Assembly (NCBI GenBank): GCA_019894855.1
Contig: JAGXNS010000003.1
Span: 10,024 to 74,023 of the forward strand
From: Promethearchaeota archaeon
GTDB taxonomy: Archaea > Asgardarchaeota > Lokiarchaeia > Sigyniarchaeales > SOKP01
Length of the DNA stretch: 64,000 nucleotides
Direction: 5' to 3'
Position numbers and translations under genes: made by a program. Shown here piece by piece: positions 57,689 to 64,000 of the stretch. The notes beneath the pieces were generated by a model. The model was given only the letters and a program-made list of their open reading frames with translations, was not told the origin of the DNA and made no database searches. Numbering within the stretch: position 1 is the first letter of the stretch; every line of letters starts with the position of its first letter.

Positions 57689-58777
57689 ATGCACCGTCTA
57701 ATTTTTCATTGTGATCTCGATTGCTTTTTTGCTGCTGTTGAGGAACGGGACTCCCCTGATTATAAAGGAAAACCTGTAATAGTTGGAGCAGATCCAAAAG
57801 ATGGAAAAGGAAGAGGAGTTGTAAGTACATGCAACTACGAGGCACGAAAATTTGGTCTCCATTCAGCAATGCCTATTTCTCAGGCTTTTAAAAGATGTCC
57901 ACATGGGATATATCTATTCCCAGATTTTAAGAAATATCACGTAGCTTCGAAAGAAGTTATGGATATAATTAACTCTTATTCAATAAAGTTCCAACAGGTA
58001 AGTATAGACGAAGCTTATCTCGATGTATCCGATATCTGTGGAAATTTTGAAGATGCCAGGATCTTGGCTGAAACTATAAAGAATCAAATCCAAAGTATTG
58101 TTGGTATCACAATTTCGATTGGATGCGCTTCTACTAAATCTATAGCAAAAATAGCTTCCGATTATAATAAGCCTAATGGTATTACTGTAGTTGAGCCAAA
58201 AAAAGAAAGAGAATTTTTAGAAGATATGGATATTACTCGGATTCCAGGGATTGGAAAAAAATCTAAAATTTATTATAATAAGAAAGGGATTTCTACTATA
58301 GGCGATATTATTAACACTCCATTACCTAAAATGATACATTTATTTGGAAAAAACGGAGAATGGGTATGGAATATTGCTAATGGATTAGATAAAAGAGAAG
58401 TAAAAGAATTTAGTGTTGAACGGAAGTCAATAAGTAAAGAAAGAACTTTCTATGAGGACACTAGTGATTTTGATGTAGTCTTATCTAAGCTTGAAGAAAT
58501 TAATAGTAAAATTCATGAATTCGTATACAAAAATAAGATTTATTACAAGACAGTAAGTTTAAAAATAAGACTTGAGGGCTATTTAACCTTCACTCGCGCG
58601 CATTCTTTTATTCATCACATTCAAGATAAGAAAAAGGTTTTACGAGTTATCACCGATTTAACTAACCAATTTTCTACAATGAATAAGAAAGTTAGATTAG
58701 TCGGAATTAAGCTATCGAACTTGAAAAAATCTCCAAGTACATTTCAAAAAACCATTATAAATTATATAGAAAATTAG
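57689..58777 (+). CDS. dinB: Y-family DNA polymerase IV (Dpo4/Dbh/DinB)
   Basis: HCDLDCFFAAVEER, SIDEAYLDV, little-finger C-terminal domain. Confidence 0.9.
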   Translation: MHRLIFHCDLDCFFAAVEERDSPDYKGKPVIVGADPKDGKGRGVVSTCNYEARKFGLHSAMPISQAFKRCPHGIYLFPDFKKYHVASKEVMDIINSYSIKFQQVSIDEAYLDVSDICGNFEDARILAETIKNQIQSIVGITISIGCASTKSIAKIASDYNKPNGITVVEPKKEREFLEDMDITRIPGIGKKSKIYYNKKGISTIGDIINTPLPKMIHLFGKNGEWVWNIANGLDKREVKEFSVERKSISKERTFYEDTSDFDVVLSKLEEINSKIHEFVYKNKIYYKTVSLKIRLEGYLTFTRAHSFIHHIQDKKKVLRVITDLTNQFSTMNKKVRLVGIKLSNLKKSPSTFQKTIINYIEN

Positions 58778-60471
58778 ATTTTCTTTGAATCTTTAAAAAG
58801 CTCAAAAATATCCATCTCATAATCAATAGTATCTTCAGGTAAAAGATTTGGCTCCTTAATTAATTTAGCAAGATAATATGTTTTTGATCCTCTCTCTAAA
58901 TATTGTAATACGGTATATGCTCCTTCTAAATGACTCCCACAACATAAACTCCCATGGTTGGCAAGGATTACTGCGCTTCTATCTTCTAAACTTGCTTTTA
59001 CATTATCTGCTAATTCTTCACTTCCAGCCTCACCGTAATCCGAACATAAAACCTCTCCTCCTAAGTAGGGCACAAGTTCTTCCATTATTGGAGGTAAAGA
59101 CAAATTGAGAGTACTGAGTATTGTTGAGTACATTCCGTGAGAGTGAATAATTGCATTCACATCTTCTCGATCTTTGTAGATTCCTAAGTGTAGGTGTTTT
59201 TCTACTGAGGGATTTCTTTCTCCCTCGATTACTTTGCCCTCAAGATCAATAATTAAGATATCCTTTGGTTCCATATCTTTGTAGATAACATTACTAGGGG
59301 TGATTAGAACGAATTCTTCATCACCCTTTTTAATTCTCATGCTTACATTTCCGGCTGATCCAATAACGTGGCCTTCGCTTAATAACTTTTTACAAATTTT
59401 TACTATTTCTTCTTTAAATTTGTTACTTGGTTTATCTAGTATCTCCTTTTTTTCCTTATATTCTTCAAATACTTCGGGATTTAATACGTGAGAAGGAATC
59501 CCATTGTTTAACCACATGTTAATATCTTTAAGGAGCATTTTAGATTGTCTATTAACTACTTCAGTTGTATTTCCACCAATATGGGGCATTACTATAACAT
59601 TATCTAATTCTAAAAACTCATTATCTTCATCGATGGGCTCTAAAGGAAATACATCTAAAGCAGCTCCAGCGATCTCGTTTTTCTTTAAAGCTCCGTATAA
59701 ATAATCGTAATCAACAAGGCTTCCTTTAGCCAAATTTATTAAAAATCCAGAGCTTTTCATCATTTTAATCCGGTTTTCATTAATAAGATTATCATTTTCA
59801 TCAGTTGCTACTGCATGTAAGGTAATAAAATCTGATTCTTTCATTAAAAAGTCAATATCTGTTTTGTCGCCGTAATCTTTAACAATTTCCTCGGAAACAT
59901 ATGGATCATATATTAGAAATTTAACACCAAATGGTTTTAATCGTTCGGCTACTCTTTGTCCAATTTGACCAAAACCAACTATACCTATTGTTTTATTTTC
60001 TAATTCGCTTCCCATGAATTTATTATAACAATTAATCCAATCTTCAAACTCAATAATTTCAAAATTCTCTGAATGTAGGAATCGGTCTAATTTAGTAAGA
60101 TTTCTTGCCATAGATATTATTAAGCCAACAGTTAATTCAGCAACTGCTACGACATTTCTGTTTGGCGTGTAAATAATAGGTATATTTTTTTTGGTAGCAG
60201 CGTCTAAATTGATGTTGAAAGGATCCCCACGACAAGATGCAATCAGCTTTAAGTTTGTCTGTTCAAAAAGTTCTGCTTTTTTTAAATCGTCTGCTACAGT
60301 TATGAAGACATCGTAACCCCTTAATTTTTCAACCATTTCTTTAATATCAAAATATATATTTCCAGTATCTCTCCAACTCTCATAGGTTACTTCCATTTTC
60401 TTTTGCAATTCTTCTAAAACTTCATCACTTATACTTGCTGTTATAAATGCTTTCATAATTTCTCTACCCAA
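58774..60471 (-). CDS. Fusion of a D-isomer 2-hydroxyacid dehydrogenase with a class II aldolase/adducin domain
   Basis: The N-half has GIVGFGQIGQRVAERL (NAD fold). The C-half has GNVSMR, IHSHG and ANHGSL. The likely start is ATG at MKAFITAS. Confidence 0.65.
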   Translation of the reverse strand: MGREIMKAFITASISDEVLEELQKKMEVTYESWRDTGNIYFDIKEMVEKLRGYDVFITVADDLKKAELFEQTNLKLIASCRGDPFNINLDAATKKNIPIIYTPNRNVVAVAELTVGLIISMARNLTKLDRFLHSENFEIIEFEDWINCYNKFMGSELENKTIGIVGFGQIGQRVAERLKPFGVKFLIYDPYVSEEIVKDYGDKTDIDFLMKESDFITLHAVATDENDNLINENRIKMMKSSGFLINLAKGSLVDYDYLYGALKKNEIAGAALDVFPLEPIDEDNEFLELDNVIVMPHIGGNTTEVVNRQSKMLLKDINMWLNNGIPSHVLNPEVFEEYKEKKEILDKPSNKFKEEIVKICKKLLSEGHVIGSAGNVSMRIKKGDEEFVLITPSNVIYKDMEPKDILIIDLEGKVIEGERNPSVEKHLHLGIYKDREDVNAIIHSHGMYSTILSTLNLSLPPIMEELVPYLGGEVLCSDYGEAGSEELADNVKASLEDRSAVILANHGSLCCGSHLEGAYTVLQYLERGSKTYYLAKLIKEPNLLPEDTIDYEMDIFELFKDSKKI

Positions 60472-60556
60472 TTAAAAGATTATCCATTCTTTAAGTATTA
60501 GATTATATAATCACACAATTATATATAGATTATATGATAAAAACAACTGAATTTAG

Positions 60557-60907
60557 CTAAAACATCAAGCTCTTCAGTTTCATTAAATTTCGAATGTTTC
60601 CTTCAATGACCTTTATTTTTCCTGAAGAATACGCTTTCACCGCTCCGAGCTCTTTGTTAAAAAGTTCCAATAATATCTTTTCTGAAGTAAACTCGATTTT
60701 AACTGTAGCAGTTTCATCGCTAGCGTTATCTTTAACCTCTATTCCTTGATCCTTATTAACATAGATCATAACGCTACGGTTAGTGTCTAAAAATGAAATT
60801 TGTATAGGGTCGTTATAGTTTGTTAATTTTTTTCTTACTTTTTCTGTATTAATATAACGATTTTCAATTTCTTTTAAACAAGATTCAAAACTTTCAAAAT
60901 TTGACAA
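60557..60907 (-). CDS. SCP2 (sterol carrier protein 2-like) domain protein
   Basis: The C-terminus AYSSGKIKVIEGNIRNLMKLKSL is typical of SCP2. Confidence 0.6.
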   Translation of the reverse strand: MSNFESFESCLKEIENRYINTEKVRKKLTNYNDPIQISFLDTNRSVMIYVNKDQGIEVKDNASDETATVKIEFTSEKILLELFNKELGAVKAYSSGKIKVIEGNIRNLMKLKSLMF

Positions 60908-61009
60908 TTCTATTCACCCTTAAAATACGAAAACAAGTTTTACTATTAATTTTAATGTTAATAATTTACTATCATTTATAAAAATATTAAAATTAAAAAC
61001 CAGAAAAAA

Positions 61010-62527
61010 TCATAAACTATCAATTTTAGATTTTAGGTTTTTCCACTCGAGGTAAATTGTTTTGAATTTATCAGAGACAGCAGGATCGTTTTTTACATCT
61101 TCAAATGCTAATAAATTACTAATAATCGATTTGTAATTGGAATAGTACTTTAATCCTATTAGAGTATTTATTGCAGTACCAATAAATGCTGAATCTCTAA
61201 TGCAGGCAACAGAAATTTGATTATCTAATATATTAGCTAACAATTTGCAAAACTCATTAGATTTAGCCATCCCACCTGCAACATATGTTTTTGTGCTAAG
61301 GTCAGTTTGATTGCGCAACACTTGATGATTTTCAAATATCCCGAATGCTATGTTTTCAAGAACGCTCCGGGCAAAATTTTCAATTTTAGGGACTTCCTCA
61401 GACACCATAATAGGTGGTTGAAAAACAAAAGCACCCCTCTTAATAGAAGTAGTATTTTTTATATTCATCTTTTCAGGACCCAAGTAGGTGTAAGTCGAAA
61501 AAGCTCCTGGCGTTGTTCTTTTTAGATATTCCTCTACTAAAGAATCTGGATTGTCAGTAAAGCTTGATAAAAATGCTTCTTTAAACCAATTGTAGGACGC
61601 GCCCGTGTTGCCCGCATTGCTTTCAATTAACCATTTTCCTTTTATCGAATGGCATGAGGTCCAGAAATTACAATTAGGATCAAAAATGGGTTTATTTACA
61701 ACGAGTTCAAGAGGTGATGTAGTACCTAAACTAATGCCTATGTCTCCTTCTTCGATTACACCCATACCTAATAAAGTTGCTTGTGTATCTCCGCCCGATT
61801 TTACAAAAGGAATTCTTTTAAGGTCAGTATCGAATCTTTTGTTTAAATTTTCTTTTAATTCGCCCACAATAGCTCCTGAATCAACAATATCTGGAAAAAA
61901 ATCGGGATCAAAATTGAAAGTGTCTATTATTTCAGAACTCCATTCTCCTTTTTTAATATCCAGTATTTGGGACTCAGCTGCAGAGGATAGATCAGAACAA
62001 AAATTTCCCGTAAGTTTGTAGACTAACCAATCATCTAATGTCAATACTTTTTTAATTTTTGCATAAACTTCTTCAGCTTCTTCTTTAAACCACAATAATC
62101 TTGCTAAACAAAATAGCAGAGACGGACTGTGTCCCGTTATTTCAAACAGATCCCTTTCTGAAAATGCATCGTCTATAAGATAGGCTGAATCAATACCCCG
62201 AATATCGATATTGGGTCCTCCATAGACAGCGCTTCCTTTTTCGTCTAGAAAAACGGAGGCAATTCGTTGAGTACAGGTTGACAAACCTATAATCCTTTTG
62301 TTATTAGATTTGGAAAGAACAAAATCCATTCCCATAATAACCTTTTTCCAAAGGTCCTCCATATCAAAGCGTTTAGCAAAACCATCTAAATCTTCGTTAT
62401 ATATTTTTAATTCTTGAGTGTTATAGATTTTAATTTTTAATTGTTCGGATACTAACCCTACCTTTATTAAATTGGAAGAAATATCTATCGTTAAAATTAA
62501 ATTTTCATCTTTTTCCATAATTCTCAA
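61010..62527 (-). CDS. FGGY-family carbohydrate kinase
   Basis: Two-domain sugar kinase pattern (ILTIDISSN..., GGDTQATLLG, AGGMAKS). Confidence 0.7.
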   Translation of the reverse strand: MRIMEKDENLILTIDISSNLIKVGLVSEQLKIKIYNTQELKIYNEDLDGFAKRFDMEDLWKKVIMGMDFVLSKSNNKRIIGLSTCTQRIASVFLDEKGSAVYGGPNIDIRGIDSAYLIDDAFSERDLFEITGHSPSLLFCLARLLWFKEEAEEVYAKIKKVLTLDDWLVYKLTGNFCSDLSSAAESQILDIKKGEWSSEIIDTFNFDPDFFPDIVDSGAIVGELKENLNKRFDTDLKRIPFVKSGGDTQATLLGMGVIEEGDIGISLGTTSPLELVVNKPIFDPNCNFWTSCHSIKGKWLIESNAGNTGASYNWFKEAFLSSFTDNPDSLVEEYLKRTTPGAFSTYTYLGPEKMNIKNTTSIKRGAFVFQPPIMVSEEVPKIENFARSVLENIAFGIFENHQVLRNQTDLSTKTYVAGGMAKSNEFCKLLANILDNQISVACIRDSAFIGTAINTLIGLKYYSNYKSIISNLLAFEDVKNDPAVSDKFKTIYLEWKNLKSKIDSL

Positions 62528-62549
62528 GAAAATGGTAAGTTATTTTGAT

Positions 62550-63185
62550 CTAAGAAAAATATTTACGAACAACCTCTCCCCGTGGAGTTTTTTCTTCAAA
62601 TATAATTGCTTGAAATGAAGATATTTTAGTTCCTTTTATATCTTTCCAAGCGTCAGAAGAAATCCACGCTTTACTACATGTATGATTAAGAAAAGTCTCA
62701 ACATCCCAATTCCTATCGTGATCGATTGGAACTTGTGGAAGAAGCAATCCTCTTCTCATTCCTCTCTCCGCTATAAGTCCATCCCTCCCTATCACAATTT
62801 TCTCAAGATATTCATTCGGAGAGCTAACTTCTAATATCTTTGGAGGAGTTAATATTGAAATTTCAATAGTAATATTATCCATTTCATCAATAGATACAGA
62901 TGAGAAACGAGTATCTTCAGTTGCTGAACTGATTGAAACTTTATGAATAACATCGTATAATGCAAATTTTGGTTCTATATATCCTATACAACCTCTTAAA
63001 GGATTACCTTTCACATTATGAGTATTTAAAGTGACAAATGCTCCATAATTTTCCTTAAATTTTTCTTTTAAAACCTCAGGTATAATGATATGTTTACTAT
63101 TCTTAAGGTAATACTCGATATTCTCTCTTGCAAATTGTAGTAACTCTTTTCCGTCAGCTGTGGTGAAGATTTCTTTATCTGCCAT
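62550..63185 (-). CDS. AMMECR1 domain protein
   Basis: GAFVTL...LRGCIGY signature. Confidence 0.85.
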   Translation of the reverse strand: MADKEIFTTADGKELLQFARENIEYYLKNSKHIIIPEVLKEKFKENYGAFVTLNTHNVKGNPLRGCIGYIEPKFALYDVIHKVSISSATEDTRFSSVSIDEMDNITIEISILTPPKILEVSSPNEYLEKIVIGRDGLIAERGMRRGLLLPQVPIDHDRNWDVETFLNHTCSKAWISSDAWKDIKGTKISSFQAIIFEEKTPRGEVVRKYFS

Positions 63186-63238
63186 TTTTTCACATTAAGA
63201 TTTTGCTTTCTATAAGGATGACAAATTATAATAATTAC

Positions 63239-64000
63239 TTAAATTGTTCCTTTAATTACATTTCCAATAGGATTAGATTCATCAATATTTACTTCTATGC
63301 CTCTTAAAAATACTTTCCATATGTGAACATTTGTTTGATAGTTTTGGAAAGGTGAAAACTTTGCTTTTGATTTGAATTGTTTTGATTCAATAGGATAATC
63401 CACCCCCCGATCTACGACAATTAAATCAGCATCGTATCCCGCTTTAATAAAACCTTTATTATTTAATTTAAAAATTATTGCTGGATTTTCTGAAGTAATT
63501 TTAACAAATAATTCTAAAGAAAATTCATTTTTAAAAACTTGATTTAGTACTATTAAAGGATATGACTCAAATCCAGGAAATCCTGAGGGCGCGTCGAGAA
63601 ACACTTTGTTTTTCTCTTCGGAGGTATGTGGTGCGTGATCCGTGCCCAATAATTTTATATTACCTCGTTTAAGCTCCTGAAATAGATAAGATATGTGCTT
63701 TTCATTTCTTAAAGGTGGGAGGACTTTAGCATAATTAGGATTTTCAATACGAATAGAATCAGCTAATAATAGATGATGTGGTGTTATCTCAAATGTAATT
63801 CTTAAGGATTTATTCGTGCTTAACGCTTTTTTAATCAAGGAGTAGCTATCCCGGCAACTAATATGACAGAAATGGATAATAGGATAATCTTCAGGGATTA
63901 AATCTAAATCCACAAGAACTTTATAATAGTTTTCAAGAATAAAATTCACAAATTTAGCTTCCATGTAGGTTGGGTATAATTTATTATGCAGTTTTAAAAG
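63239..64000 (-). CDS. Dihydroorotase-like cyclic amidohydrolase, C-terminal part; the frame stays open to the right edge
   Basis: TPHHLLL, GTDHAPH and DADLIVVD motifs. The reading frame continues upstream of the track's Met at 63964 to position 64000. Confidence 0.7.
   Translation of the reverse strand, partial: LLKLHNKLYPTYMEAKFVNFILENYYKVLVDLDLIPEDYPIIHFCHISCRDSYSLIKKALSTNKSLRITFEITPHHLLLADSIRIENPNYAKVLPPLRNEKHISYLFQELKRGNIKLLGTDHAPHTSEEKNKVFLDAPSGFPGFESYPLIVLNQVFKNEFSLELFVKITSENPAIIFKLNNKGFIKAGYDADLIVVDRGVDYPIESKQFKSKAKFSPFQNYQTNVHIWKVFLRGIEVNIDESNPIGNVIKGTI

Overview
This is an AT-rich archaeal chromosomal segment, densely packed with about 60 genes. I saw no rRNA, tRNA, CRISPR array, transposase or integrase. 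The content is core archaeal housekeeping: PolD DP2/DP1 with Orc1/Cdc6 and a possible origin, CDP-archaeol synthase, archease with RtcB, Pelota, fibrillarin with Nop5, RNase HII, PyrD/PyrK, Elp3, GatE/GatD, uL2, PurB/PurM, archaeal SAM synthetase, HypB, NadC and a Y-family polymerase. It also carries eukaryote-flavoured small modules: Elf1, roadblock/LC7, AN1 zinc fingers, a LITAF-like knuckle and an LSm protein. This fits an Asgard/TACK-like archaeon, but lineage cannot be fixed from sequence alone. The strongest observation is that two conserved protein-coding genes (Elf1 and an alpha/beta hydrolase) are each split by a 30-33 nt in-frame segment containing a stop codon. Each segment folds into a bulge-helix-bulge motif. 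Excision at the canonical bulge positions exactly restores the family-typical protein sequence, so I read them as mini-introns in mRNAs; RtcB ligase and archease lie in the same window. Other leads are a 50-aa stand-alone ORF with a WH2/beta-thymosin-like actin-binding motif and a coiled-coil/poly-proline protein. There is also an 8.9 kb co-directional cluster of 8 mostly unrecognisable genes, including a classical AAA ATPase, a degenerate SMC-like protein and a tandem winged-helix protein. Adjacent to each other are AN1-fused intramembrane protease homologues. All calls rest on reading the translations by eye; no searches were run.
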